The translations under genes were made by a program, and so were the position numbers. The notes under the pieces were generated by a model that was not told the origin of the DNA, searched no databases, and saw only the letters and a program-made list of their open reading frames with translations. A DNA stretch of 64,000 nucleotides from a virus (lineage: Duplodnaviria > Heunggongvirae > Uroviricota > Caudoviricetes). Shown here piece by piece: positions 10,417-21,209 of the stretch. The stretch is from IMG/VR virus record IMGVR_UViG_3300010213_000001, positions 32,001-96,000 of that record; one strand, 5' to 3'. Every line of letters begins with the position of its first letter. The stretch's first letter is position 1.

Positions 10417-11181
10417 ATGCAAAATAATTCAACATTTGATTACAATAGTATAGATATAGTTAAATACTATATATACGAATACTTTGGAGAAGAAAATATA
10501 AGTGATTCTACTCTAGCTTTTATAGTTAAAGTAGGATTATCACTGATAGGTAGTAAGTACCAAAGTGTCTTTAAATATTCAACTAAAGTATTAAAGTCTG
10601 GTAGAGAATACTTAATACCGATACCATGTAACTTAGAAGCTATAGAAGCTATTACATTAAATAATGTCGATGAGTATACAAGATACAACCGACATGACTT
10701 GGAAGTATTTCAAGCTTCATTTATATTACCTTATATTAGCGTGGTTACAGATCAAGTATTAGATAGTGCCACTGTATATTTAACTGCTAAAGACACTAAA
10801 GAATATTTTGTTAAAGGAACATCTATTAATTTTACATTTTTAGGTGATAAAGTTCAAGTAGATAAGAGATATGAAGGCAAAGAAGTTAATATCTTATATA
10901 GAGGAACATTGTCAGATAAAGATGGACAACCACTAATAACTAATGCTGAAGCTAGAGCTTTAGCCTTCTATTGGTTTTATACTAACGAACTAAAAAAGGT
11001 AGCAACTAGGAAAGGTGGAGATGCTGGAATTTTACAGCTAGCTGCTCAACAAAAAGACGAGTGGATAAGTAAGGCTAGAATACCAGAGTTATTAACTCAA
11101 AATGAGCTAACTGCAATAAAGGATGCTGTAAAGAGAAGAAGCTTCCCAAGTTATGGAAAAACTATGAAATTTGGAATATAA
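10417..11181 (+). CDS. Tail ring / tail tubular protein (crAss-like)
   Basis: 254 aa with motifs 'PCN-x-x-x-IEAIT' and 'V-x-ILYRG...D-x-DG-x-P-x-I-x-x-x-EA-x-A-x-A'. Synteny before the muzzle gene. Confidence 0.6.
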   Translation: MQNNSTFDYNSIDIVKYYIYEYFGEENISDSTLAFIVKVGLSLIGSKYQSVFKYSTKVLKSGREYLIPIPCNLEAIEAITLNNVDEYTRYNRHDLEVFQASFILPYISVVTDQVLDSATVYLTAKDTKEYFVKGTSINFTFLGDKVQVDKRYEGKEVNILYRGTLSDKDGQPLITNAEARALAFYWFYTNELKKVATRKGGDAGILQLAAQQKDEWISKARIPELLTQNELTAIKDAVKRRSFPSYGKTMKFGI

Positions 11182-12170
11182 TGCAATTTTATAATACGTA
11201 TAGAAAAAACCATATTATAAATACTAGAGAACTAGCTAAAATTAGTGAAGCTGAGATCCTAATGGGAGTGCCCACATTGGTCAATGGTAAGTATAAAGAA
11301 ACTTCTATAAAAGATTTTATAGATCCAATAACTAATAAGAAGATAAGAAGACACTATAACAAGATTGATGTGGGATCAATACTGATTAACAAGTTATTTC
11401 AATTGATGATAAATGATATAATATTTAACAATACACTAATTAAGTTTCCATTAGGAGCTAAATTATATATAGATAATATGTCACAAGATGAAATAAATTT
11501 TAAAACTGCTAATAATCTATATAGTAACTGGAGCTCATACTTTAGCAATAATAACTTATTTTATATAAGGTATGAAGGTTTAACTAGAACTAAAAGAGTC
11601 TTAAGTAGAAGAGTTCAAATTGAGTATAACAGATACCATAGAGATATATTAGAAAGAGGAAATGAAGGGGAAGAGTTCGTCATAACTAAGACTAAGAAAT
11701 ATACAGACTATCTTATCACAATAATAAAAGAGTATCCATACATTGAGCCAGTTAGAATCAGATACTTCTTAAAAAATGTAATGATGAATATACCTATGTT
11801 AGTATTAGCAGGAATGGATATACATCTATCATATCCTAATATAATTACAATATTTACAAATGTTCCAAGCAAAGGACTCCAACATAACCTATCAAAAGAA
11901 AAAGAAATTAAGAAAAAGTATATTTTAAATAATCTAAAGTCTGAAAAACTACACAAATATAGAATATTAAAGAAAGATATAGATGTCATCAACTACTATG
12001 ATAACATAGTATTTGGTACTTATTTCTTATCTAAATCATCATTAGATCATTACAATAAAGACTTTAGCAATTCAATTAAATCTAGTACAGTATTGACAAG
12101 CTTTGCACAAGAGATAGTAGACAATAATTTAATTGATAATTTTATCTATATGAAGAAACTACTTAAATAA
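11181..12170 (+). CDS. Basic IHF/HU-like DNA-binding protein (crAss-like conserved gene)
   Basis: K/R/Y-rich. 'LMINDII-x-NN-x-x-x-KFP' resembles the IHF-like gene found between ring and muzzle genes in crAss-like phages. The start overlaps the upstream stop (TAATG). Confidence 0.45.
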   Translation: MQFYNTYRKNHIINTRELAKISEAEILMGVPTLVNGKYKETSIKDFIDPITNKKIRRHYNKIDVGSILINKLFQLMINDIIFNNTLIKFPLGAKLYIDNMSQDEINFKTANNLYSNWSSYFSNNNLFYIRYEGLTRTKRVLSRRVQIEYNRYHRDILERGNEGEEFVITKTKKYTDYLITIIKEYPYIEPVRIRYFLKNVMMNIPMLVLAGMDIHLSYPNIITIFTNVPSKGLQHNLSKEKEIKKKYILNNLKSEKLHKYRILKKDIDVINYYDNIVFGTYFLSKSSLDHYNKDFSNSIKSSTVLTSFAQEIVDNNLIDNFIYMKKLLK

Positions 12171-12179
12171 TAACATATT

Positions 12180-15100
12180 ATGAGCACAGCAAATAATACC
12201 TTTAATAAAGGATTAAATTTAGATACTCCAAATTATCAATATCAACCAGATACACTATCTTATTGTAGAAATTGTGACTATCTAACTGGAGAGGGAAATG
12301 AAGCCATATTACAAAATATAAAAGGTAATACAAAAATAGATGGTCTAAAGGAGAATTATTTTCCTGTAGCAATTAAATCTTATGGAGGTGTTGCATATAT
12401 TGTATCTGCAGAAGTAATAAATAATACATTTACTGGTAGAGGGGAGGTTGGCTCGTTTCCTAGTCCAGATTATTCTAACCTATCTTTAGTTAATGGTAGA
12501 ACACTAAGAGGAACTATAGACTACGAAAATCCAAGATATTCTCCATTAAAGAACTACCTAGATGAAAGTTTAGAGCCTGATGATCCTATTGTATTAAATG
12601 AAGAGCTATTAATATATGGAACATCAGCTTCAGTATATAAAGACTTTAACACTAGCTTATTCAATTTTACTGAGTTTACTGAATTTGATATAGAGATCCA
12701 GCCATCATATGATGGCAGTATTAATATAATCTTTACTGATAATTATAATCCAATAAGATTAGTAAATACTAGATTTACTGCATTATCAAACAATACTGTT
12801 GAGATTAGGGATAGAATTGGACAAGCTGATACTAACTTATATAATAAATATAACTTTAATAATACACTTAACTTATTCCAAAACAGTACTAAGATAGTAA
12901 ATCTTGATCTTGATTCTATAGGATTTGGAGGAGAATTAAATTCTGGAATTTATAGGTATTATATAAAGTATGCTACACAAGATGGAAACGTAACTAATAT
13001 AATCGCTGAAAGTTTTAATGTTAATATATTTCATGGAACAACACTAGTAGATGCTAGAGGAGGAGACGACAACTTACTTAGAAATACAAGGAAGAGTGTT
13101 AGGTTGAAACTATCTAATCTAGATATGTCTTACAAAATGCTTAAAGTACAATATTCTTATTCTTATGGAGACAATAATATTGAAACAGAATTTTATGAGA
13201 TAGAAGATAGTTTTAATATAACTAATAATAGTATTACTATTCAGCATACTGGTAGAGAGAGTATTTTTCCAATAAGTAGGCAGGAATTAGGAATAGATTA
13301 TGTTACAGCATTTACAGGTAAGTCTCTAACACAAGTCAATAATAAGTTATATATAGCTAATATTAAAAGTAAACAATATAATTTAGTAGCTTTTGAAGAA
13401 TTTGCTAACAATATTAAAGTTGGACATAAACAGAAAAAAGTAGAAGTACCATTTACTTCTGCAATAGTAGATGATAACAGCATTTATAGTTCTTTATTAA
13501 CCACTAAGATAGCCAATACCAACGATAGTCTATCTATTGGATATAAGAATGGGTATCATAATCCATTTAATACTTACTACTTTGTAGGATATACCCCAGG
13601 CGAAAAATATTTGTATTCATGTAGATTTATTCTAGATGACGGTACTACAAGCCAATGCTTTCCTTTAAGAGGGATTGATAACTGGGAAAATGATAAATAT
13701 ATAACATATGGTAACGAAACACTAAATGAAGCTAATGATTATTTCAGTACTAATAATGGTGAAAACTTAAAAGGTTTATATAGATTTCCACAAAGAACTT
13801 CTAATAATTTATTTGCTCAAAGAAATGGTGATACTTCTTATTCAATAATTGATAGTGATACTAATATTGAAAGAGAAGTGGACTCTATTGGTGATGGATC
13901 ATTAACTACAGATGAATCAGCATTCATCTTTAGCGATAGTATTACAGATATTAATACTCAAACATTAGAAGATTATTACTTTAATGAGCTAAATGGCGGG
14001 TCTTCAATTATAGTAACAGAAGAAACTCTAGAAAACTATGAAAATCCAAACTATGAAAATCCAAACTCTGGAGATTTCTTCTTTGATTATTCTATATTTG
14101 ATATAAATGACTGTATATCAAATCCTGATTGTGAATTAACTCAAGAAGTGATAGATTGTATAAATGATATAAATTGTACGGTTAGCTTACTACGACACAA
14201 TTGTGAATTTATATCAACAACTGCTGGCACAGCATTCCCAGCAGGACAACTCTATGAAATATCTGGTGTTACTTGCTCTGGAGATCAATTTAACAATACA
14301 ACATCTACTATCACTTTAACATACCAGAATCAAGTAGATAGCTATGGAAATCCATTAGGAACAACTTATGATTATCAAGTAATATCTACAAAAGAGGCTC
14401 AAGCTAATATACTAGCTGTCACGTTTGAATTACCAAATACTCCTTATCCAGAAGGGACTATAGGAGTACAATTTATGAGATCTATAGAAAATAGTAAAGA
14501 TTCCATAGGGCAGGGATATATAGTAGATACGTTACCAGTTCCATCAATAGAAATATATGGTAAAGAAGAGAGAGGGAACAGATATATTGATTATATATCG
14601 GACTTTGGAGATGGAGGTATGAAACTTGTTCCTTCTATAGATTATGTATTAGAAAGTCCAGCAGTCTGGGATAGAAGAGGATTAGGACCAAATAGAAAAA
14701 AGATTAGAGAAGACGAAGGTGGTAACACAGGCTTGCAACCTGTACTATTCAATAATAAAGGTTGGAAGGCTACAGAACCGTATGAAGAGAGGACAAAATT
14801 TGCTTTTATAAGTAATGACCTATTATCAAATCCAGTTGAACTGTCTTCAACATTAATAGGAGGTAATTTTAAGTTAAAAGAGATAAGTAAGATTGGATTA
14901 TTTACTGGAGTAAGAACATCTAACAGAAGTTCAGGTAGAAACATTGGAGTTGAAGGATTTAGTGTTTATAAGACTATTACAGTAGAATCATCTACTGAAA
15001 GACTTATAAACTGTGAGTTAGATTTTGTACTAGCTGATGTTGAAGGAAGAACTCCAAATGGATTTAGTAGTAGATGTCAGTTCAGTGGTACACATAACGA

Positions 15101-18062
15101 TTTTAAGTATGAATCTTTTGTTATGTTCCCTTTAAAATTTAATTCATATATTGGAGTGTCCACTGAAGACACTATAACATTAGGAGAGTTCTCAAATAAT
15201 ACAAGTGGTGATAGATTAGGAGAGAATCTACATGTAGAGCCTAACTACGGAGGAGATGATAATCCATCATTTGGAGTTATTAGACCTGTAGCTATGCTAG
15301 TTAATCTATATAGAGATTTAGGATTTGACTTAGGCACTAATGTGGATGATTTAAACAGAATAAAATCAGATGTAAATTTAGCAGCTATATCATATACTCC
15401 TGTAACTAAAAGATTATACTGGATTAAACCTGAAGATGAGTTGGATTCAGTAGATATATTAGATGTTAGTGAAGATGGTAAAATAGTTGCGTACCAAGGA
15501 GACAACTTTGTTAGCTTAGGAATTAGACAATTATATAATAATATTTATGGTGTAAATGACGAAGCTCCAGAAAATTCATTTAGATCAGGACGTGTTGGAT
15601 ATAGTTTAACTCTTGTTAACGATAGTATTTACAATCCCTTATTCAGAACTATAGAAATACCTAATCAAGCTGAGCCAGCTTTAAACTTTTTCCCGAATCT
15701 TCTAACTACATCTCCTAATAACCTAGGTAATAAATATGCACAAGGTAACCAGTGGAGAGACTATGAAGAACTTGAATCTACTGCATTCAATTTTGGGGGA
15801 GTAAAAACTTATACAGATAGAAACTATATTACTTTAGTTGACAGAGTTCCATTCTTAAATACAGAATTTTCTACAAGAGTTATTTATAGTGAGTTACACA
15901 TTAACTCTGCAATTGAGAACGGATATAGAAACTTTCTACCTTCAGCATATAGAGACTATAGTCAAGAAATGGGAGCTATAACAGCTATTAGATCATTTCC
16001 TAATAATAACAACTATTTAGTCTTAGTTCAAGAAAATGGTATAGGGTTGGTTCCTGTTGTACAAAGAGATTTATTAGCTGATACAAGTTCCTCCACTAGT
16101 GGTAGTCTTTATTTTGATGAAGCAGGTATATTAGGAGATATAGATAAAGTTCAGCAGTTAACAAAACAATATGGATCTAAATGGTTGAACTCTATAGTAA
16201 CTACTAATACATCAATATATGGTGTAGATATAGAAAATACTAAGGTATGGAAGTTAAATCCAGGGTTGGAATTAATTTCTGATTATAAGATTCAGAGCTG
16301 GTTGAGATTAATAAAACCAACATATAGTTACAAATCTGTCAATCTATTAAATAGATATATTTATGGATACTATAACTTAGGTTCTAATTATGTTCATTTT
16401 AACTATAAAGATGTAGTATGCAGTAGTAGTGTGCAGGATGATACTCCATACGCTTGGCAAGTAGACTACTCTATTTTGGAAGAATATAATAATGGAATCT
16501 TAACAGGGCAGGAAAAACCTAATGTGATTAGTGATCCAGATTACATAGAGCCAGCCGTACTTGAGCAGATAGAGAGTCCTTGTCCCATACAAGGAGAACC
16601 TTCTTTTCCTAATAATATAGATATATATGTTGTGTGGGATACTACATCTTTTAATCCTACTTTAAAGGCTACTTTACAACAGAATGTTATAGGTCCTTGG
16701 ATACAAAACTTTAGAACTCAGTATCCACAGTGGATTGGAAATTTCCAGCAAATAGATGCGCCTAATACAACTGAAGGGGAGCAATGGTTAAGTTATGTAA
16801 ATCTTATACCAAACACTGCTACAAAAGTTGTACTAATTTGTATGATTGATGAAGCACATACTAGTTATCATAACCAAAGCGTAACGAGATGGGATAGTAT
16901 AGCAGATGCTAATAATCTATTTAATGTAGCATTATCTACAAGTGGCACAACCCAGCCAACAGCTCAATATATAACAGATTATAATAATTTTATAACCATA
17001 TACAATACCAGATTTGATTATTTTAAAGGTATGGTATATGCTATACCTAGTGCACCTAGTGTATTACCTAGATTATTTGCTAACCTCCAATTACATGCTT
17101 ATTGTGCAATAGAAGGTACAACTGTAAGTCCTGGAGAATTTGTACCATCACAGCAAGGGGACATAAGTATTATACAATCAGAGAACTTATATTCTACTAT
17201 TGGACCAGGTTTGAAGAACTTTGGATGGCAAGAGCAACATAACTTTAGTGGTCAAGCTAGTGATTTAACTCTTGAACAATTTACTGAAGATATCAATCCT
17301 TTAATAATAGAATCTCCTACAGAAGGGTTTAGTGGTTGGAAGCCTAGGGTTTCCTCTGCTACTTGTACTCCATTATATAAATTGATTTGTGTGGAGACTA
17401 CACCAGTACTAACTCAAAATATCAGCTATAGTGAAACTTTAGGTTACTGGAATAGCTTTTGGGGATTTTTTCCATCTAAAACATTTAATCTATATAATAA
17501 ACATTATTCTTTTAATGGGTCATTAACTAGTCCTATAAATGAAATATGGGAACACAATACTAATAATACAAGATGTAACTTCTATGGATACCAAGATGAA
17601 TTTGTATTTGAATTTGTTATTACTTCAGAGATACAATTCCAAAAGATATTTACAAACTTCATATTATTGTGTAATGAAGTACCTCCTATATTTATAGAAT
17701 ATACTACTGATAATGAACCTACTATAGATGATGTTAAACCTAACCCTATAAAAGAGCCTAGAGTGCAGACTATTTATCCAAGATTTAGACAAAGATATTA
17801 TAGTTCTTACAATCCGTCTAATCCTAATCCAGTTTTAAATAGAGTTATAAAATATAATGCTAAGTATAAAGAAAATCACATGTATATTCAAATAGATGAT
17901 AACAATAGAGATACTAAAGGTAGGGTACATCCTTCTCCTTTTACTAAGCTAAATAATGCTAAAATAAGAGACAAATACCTTAAAGTAAGATTTAGATATA
18001 AAGGGGATGAATATTCTATTATACAGGCTGTAATTACAGCTTATCAAATATCTTTTAGTTAA
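12180..18062 (+). CDS. Tail muzzle / tail stabilisation protein (P22 gp10-like beta-propeller) with inserted domains
   Basis: 1960 aa. Motifs include N-terminal NTF-x-KGLNLD, LQNIKGN, GEVGSFPSPDY, QPSYDGSINIIFTD-x-x-NPIRLVN, YRDYS-x-x-x-GAIT, YGSKW, and C-terminal K-x-RDKYLKVRFRYKG, all recognisable in crAss-like muzzle proteins. Confidence 0.75.
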   Translation: MSTANNTFNKGLNLDTPNYQYQPDTLSYCRNCDYLTGEGNEAILQNIKGNTKIDGLKENYFPVAIKSYGGVAYIVSAEVINNTFTGRGEVGSFPSPDYSNLSLVNGRTLRGTIDYENPRYSPLKNYLDESLEPDDPIVLNEELLIYGTSASVYKDFNTSLFNFTEFTEFDIEIQPSYDGSINIIFTDNYNPIRLVNTRFTALSNNTVEIRDRIGQADTNLYNKYNFNNTLNLFQNSTKIVNLDLDSIGFGGELNSGIYRYYIKYATQDGNVTNIIAESFNVNIFHGTTLVDARGGDDNLLRNTRKSVRLKLSNLDMSYKMLKVQYSYSYGDNNIETEFYEIEDSFNITNNSITIQHTGRESIFPISRQELGIDYVTAFTGKSLTQVNNKLYIANIKSKQYNLVAFEEFANNIKVGHKQKKVEVPFTSAIVDDNSIYSSLLTTKIANTNDSLSIGYKNGYHNPFNTYYFVGYTPGEKYLYSCRFILDDGTTSQCFPLRGIDNWENDKYITYGNETLNEANDYFSTNNGENLKGLYRFPQRTSNNLFAQRNGDTSYSIIDSDTNIEREVDSIGDGSLTTDESAFIFSDSITDINTQTLEDYYFNELNGGSSIIVTEETLENYENPNYENPNSGDFFFDYSIFDINDCISNPDCELTQEVIDCINDINCTVSLLRHNCEFISTTAGTAFPAGQLYEISGVTCSGDQFNNTTSTITLTYQNQVDSYGNPLGTTYDYQVISTKEAQANILAVTFELPNTPYPEGTIGVQFMRSIENSKDSIGQGYIVDTLPVPSIEIYGKEERGNRYIDYISDFGDGGMKLVPSIDYVLESPAVWDRRGLGPNRKKIREDEGGNTGLQPVLFNNKGWKATEPYEERTKFAFISNDLLSNPVELSSTLIGGNFKLKEISKIGLFTGVRTSNRSSGRNIGVEGFSVYKTITVESSTERLINCELDFVLADVEGRTPNGFSSRCQFSGTHNDFKYESFVMFPLKFNSYIGVSTEDTITLGEFSNNTSGDRLGENLHVEPNYGGDDNPSFGVIRPVAMLVNLYRDLGFDLGTNVDDLNRIKSDVNLAAISYTPVTKRLYWIKPEDELDSVDILDVSEDGKIVAYQGDNFVSLGIRQLYNNIYGVNDEAPENSFRSGRVGYSLTLVNDSIYNPLFRTIEIPNQAEPALNFFPNLLTTSPNNLGNKYAQGNQWRDYEELESTAFNFGGVKTYTDRNYITLVDRVPFLNTEFSTRVIYSELHINSAIENGYRNFLPSAYRDYSQEMGAITAIRSFPNNNNYLVLVQENGIGLVPVVQRDLLADTSSSTSGSLYFDEAGILGDIDKVQQLTKQYGSKWLNSIVTTNTSIYGVDIENTKVWKLNPGLELISDYKIQSWLRLIKPTYSYKSVNLLNRYIYGYYNLGSNYVHFNYKDVVCSSSVQDDTPYAWQVDYSILEEYNNGILTGQEKPNVISDPDYIEPAVLEQIESPCPIQGEPSFPNNIDIYVVWDTTSFNPTLKATLQQNVIGPWIQNFRTQYPQWIGNFQQIDAPNTTEGEQWLSYVNLIPNTATKVVLICMIDEAHTSYHNQSVTRWDSIADANNLFNVALSTSGTTQPTAQYITDYNNFITIYNTRFDYFKGMVYAIPSAPSVLPRLFANLQLHAYCAIEGTTVSPGEFVPSQQGDISIIQSENLYSTIGPGLKNFGWQEQHNFSGQASDLTLEQFTEDINPLIIESPTEGFSGWKPRVSSATCTPLYKLICVETTPVLTQNISYSETLGYWNSFWGFFPSKTFNLYNKHYSFNGSLTSPINEIWEHNTNNTRCNFYGYQDEFVFEFVITSEIQFQKIFTNFILLCNEVPPIFIEYTTDNEPTIDDVKPNPIKEPRVQTIYPRFRQRYYSSYNPSNPNPVLNRVIKYNAKYKENHMYIQIDDNNRDTKGRVHPSPFTKLNNAKIRDKYLKVRFRYKGDEYSIIQAVITAYQISFS
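14033..14067 (+). repeat. 15-bp in-frame tandem duplication (NYENP x2)
   Basis: AAACTATGAAAATCC repeated twice plus a partial third copy. Confidence 0.8.
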
Positions 18063-18105
18063 AATAATTATATTTAATACTAAATACATTATAATAAATA
18101 TACTA

Positions 18106-19011
18106 ATGAAAAATAATGAGATTAATAAATATCAGTTAGGTAATTTATTCCAGGGAATTTTATCTGGACAAGGCAGCAATTTCAACTCTATAGTAAATAG
18201 TCTAGGAAATATAGGTAATAACAAAACCAATACTGTAGACACTTCTAAATTAAATGCAGAAGAATTAAAGGCTATAAATGAGGGCACTGCTACTGAAGAA
18301 CAAATAAATACATGGATATCAGAAGGGAAATTGTCTGCTCAACAAGCTACGGAACTAACCAATAAAAGTAAAATGAATTTGGGAATGGGACTAGCAAACA
18401 GTATGGCTACATTTAGTGAATTGAATGCTGATGGCAATATAGATACTACAGATTTAGGGCAGACTGCTGGAGATTTTATTTCTGGTTCATCTCAATACGG
18501 ACAAATTGGAAAACAGATTGGTAATATAGCTACAAATATCATAGGTCAAGATAGAACTACTAATACATTAGGGGAAGGGGTTCAATCACAAAAAGCTGGT
18601 ATTACTGCAATGAATAAAGCTTTGGAATACACAGCAGCAGGCGCAGAATATGGAGGATTGCCTGGAGCTGCTATTGGAGCAGTAGCTGGAACTGCTATTG
18701 GATTAGCACAGGGTAATAAAGCAAGACAAGAAGCCGAGGAAGAGTTTCTTAAGAGAAGAAGAGAAAGATTGGATAGATTCAATGATTATTCTAAGAATCA
18801 ATATCTAGATCAATACACAAACCAAATGTTATATGCTAAAGATGGTGGAATTTATATTAAAGAAAGTAATAAAGGTAAGTTTACAGAATACTGTAAAAGA
18901 AGCGGCTACTCTAAAGTTACTGAAGATTGTATAAATAGAGCTAAGAAATCTAAGAATTCCAAATTAAGAAAGAGAGCAGTCTTTGCTGAAAATGTTAGAA
19001 AGTGGAACTAA
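18106..19011 (+). CDS. Internal virion (cargo) protein with Gly/Ala-rich hydrophobic hairpin and basic C-terminal domain
   Basis: GGLPGAAIGAVAGTAIGLA glycine-zipper segment. The basic C-terminus IKESNKGKFTEYC...C...RKRAVFAEN is preceded by a KDGG motif. Confidence 0.6.
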   Translation: MKNNEINKYQLGNLFQGILSGQGSNFNSIVNSLGNIGNNKTNTVDTSKLNAEELKAINEGTATEEQINTWISEGKLSAQQATELTNKSKMNLGMGLANSMATFSELNADGNIDTTDLGQTAGDFISGSSQYGQIGKQIGNIATNIIGQDRTTNTLGEGVQSQKAGITAMNKALEYTAAGAEYGGLPGAAIGAVAGTAIGLAQGNKARQEAEEEFLKRRRERLDRFNDYSKNQYLDQYTNQMLYAKDGGIYIKESNKGKFTEYCKRSGYSKVTEDCINRAKKSKNSKLRKRAVFAENVRKWN

Positions 19012-19030
19012 AATAAAATAATTAATTTAT

Positions 19031-20872
19031 ATGAAAAAATGTAATACTGGATGTAATATCCAACAAGATGGTATTGATACAGATGTCTTGCATCTTATTC
19101 CAGAAGAGGTTTATGACTTAATGAAGAAGAGAGCTAGAATTAGATCGTCTAAACCATATAATGATAAACACAAAGAATGGTTAAAAAAGCAAGCTAATAA
19201 GAAAGGAGTTTCTTTAAGAGCATACTTAATAGGACTATCTAATGAAGTAGAACCTCATTTGATTGCTATAGAGAAAATGCAGCAAGGAGGCGAATTAGAT
19301 GATGATCTGTTAATGATAAGTGAAAACATTAATAATAGATTAAATCAAATTGCTGCTATGTATAATCAGCAAGTGCCAGACGCTACTTCCGCTAATACAA
19401 TAAACAAACAATATAAAAAAGGCGGTAAGATGAAGCCTATGTATCAAAGAGGCTCAGTTCTAGAACAATCTAGAGAAATGTTAGCAAAGAAAATAGATAG
19501 TCAAAGAGCAAGATTGTATGATGATAATATAGCTGCTAAAGAAGGATATCAATCTACAGGATTTATAAAAGTAGATAATCCATCAGAGATGTTGGAAGCT
19601 GACGCATGTTATATTGTAGAAAAAGGTAAAAAACCTAGAAAAGTAGATTGTTCTGTAAATGGAGCTGTTAAAGGAAATGCCCTAGAAACTAAGGATGGTG
19701 TTACTTATTATATGAGAGAGCAGACCAAGTATAGTACTAATAAAACAGATGGTAAATCTACTATAACAGATTGGCAATCTCCCGAGATATCTAATAGTAG
19801 TTCAAGAGGTGGAGAAGGTGACCCTGCTCCAGAAGAAGGTAAAGGAAAAGGCAAAGATAGTAGTAATAGAAGAGGATACAAGTGGGCTGTAGAAGGTGGA
19901 TGTGGATATTGTACAGGGAAAAATAAGCAGAATATGATAGTAAAAGATATAACAGATTTTGTCTCTTCTAATTCTAATATTAGTGCCTTTGTTGGAAGAC
20001 ATCTAAATGCTTTAGTTAGTAACTACAAGAAAGCTGGAGGTAAGGATACTGATACTATAGCTATTCCAATGGGAGATAATATGAAATCCTTTCAGCAAGC
20101 AGCAGAGATGGGCTGTTTTTGTGCTGTCTCAGGTAATATAAAGGTGGATACTCCTCCAACAGAAACTATAGAAGCTGATAGACAAGTAGATGTTATTAGT
20201 GAAGAAGAACCAAAACCTATTAAGGATAACATAAATAGAGCTTATCATTACTATGCTAAGATAGAGATTCCATATCCACAGGAAATTAATAATGGTAAAG
20301 GATTTAAAACTGATGTGGTATACTTCTCTGTAGTACCACAAATGAGTGGAAACAGTGTTCAGTCGTTAACCTTATCAAATTTAAGTGTTGGAGCTAATAC
20401 TTTACCTAAGGGACAAAGTTTAAGTGGAGGTATTAAAGAAGGAAATGTAATAAAAGGGAATGCTAATCTAGGCACTGTACGTTTACCTATGCCATCAAGT
20501 GATCAAATAGAATCTGTGTTTGGAAAACTTGAAAAAGGAATAAGAAAAGAGAATACAGCAGGATTAGATAATTACCTTAGAGAGCAAATAACTCAAAACT
20601 TAAATTCTAATTGGCTTGATAAAATAAAAGGATTTATAGAAGATAAAATAAGTAAATCGAAAGATGCTAATTTAGAAAGTCAAGAATTTGAAACTGGAGC
20701 TGATGGTAACTTGCAGAATAGAGCTACTCAACCTAAACTTCAACAAGGAGGACAGTATCCAATAGGTAAGGAGTTCCTTATAAGAAATAAGGATATGTTT
20801 AAAGAAAGAAACATTAAAGAATATATAAAGAATTACTCATCTAGAATAAGCCCAACTTATTTTAATCAATAA
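19031..20872 (+). CDS. Putative internal virion protein with several xxGG motifs and Cys clusters
   Basis: 613-aa ORF with MQQGG, YKKGG and LQQGG motifs plus CGYC and CFC. Confidence 0.55.
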   Translation: MKKCNTGCNIQQDGIDTDVLHLIPEEVYDLMKKRARIRSSKPYNDKHKEWLKKQANKKGVSLRAYLIGLSNEVEPHLIAIEKMQQGGELDDDLLMISENINNRLNQIAAMYNQQVPDATSANTINKQYKKGGKMKPMYQRGSVLEQSREMLAKKIDSQRARLYDDNIAAKEGYQSTGFIKVDNPSEMLEADACYIVEKGKKPRKVDCSVNGAVKGNALETKDGVTYYMREQTKYSTNKTDGKSTITDWQSPEISNSSSRGGEGDPAPEEGKGKGKDSSNRRGYKWAVEGGCGYCTGKNKQNMIVKDITDFVSSNSNISAFVGRHLNALVSNYKKAGGKDTDTIAIPMGDNMKSFQQAAEMGCFCAVSGNIKVDTPPTETIEADRQVDVISEEEPKPIKDNINRAYHYYAKIEIPYPQEINNGKGFKTDVVYFSVVPQMSGNSVQSLTLSNLSVGANTLPKGQSLSGGIKEGNVIKGNANLGTVRLPMPSSDQIESVFGKLEKGIRKENTAGLDNYLREQITQNLNSNWLDKIKGFIEDKISKSKDANLESQEFETGADGNLQNRATQPKLQQGGQYPIGKEFLIRNKDMFKERNIKEYIKNYSSRISPTYFNQ

Positions 20873-20877
20873 TAACA

Positions 20878-21201
20878 ATGAAATATAATATCTATAAGAA
20901 ATCTAATGTAATCCCTACTGGAGTTCTTCACAAAGAAAAAAATGACTTACCAGCATCTTTTAAACTAGGGACGAAAGGCATACCAATAGTATCTTGTGAT
21001 ATTAATACTAAAGTATGTGCTAAAGCTGCTGAAGTAGAGAAAGAAGAGTTAATAATCCATAGTGAATTATCTAAGGAGGTTGAGAGACTAGCTACATTGT
21101 ATTTATCTTCTAAAGATCCAAGAATAGCTCTAGATTTGGGAAAGCTTATGTACAATCAAATTAATAATAACACACAGGATTATAGTGGTAAATACAAATA
21201 G
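20878..21201 (+). CDS. Small conserved crAss-like virion-module protein
   Basis: The pattern NVIP-x-G-x-LH...TKGIPIV...AEVE-x-x-E-x-I recalls a domain of crAss-like cargo-region proteins. Confidence 0.5.
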   Translation: MKYNIYKKSNVIPTGVLHKEKNDLPASFKLGTKGIPIVSCDINTKVCAKAAEVEKEELIIHSELSKEVERLATLYLSSKDPRIALDLGKLMYNQINNNTQDYSGKYK

Positions 21202-21209
21202 ATTATAAG

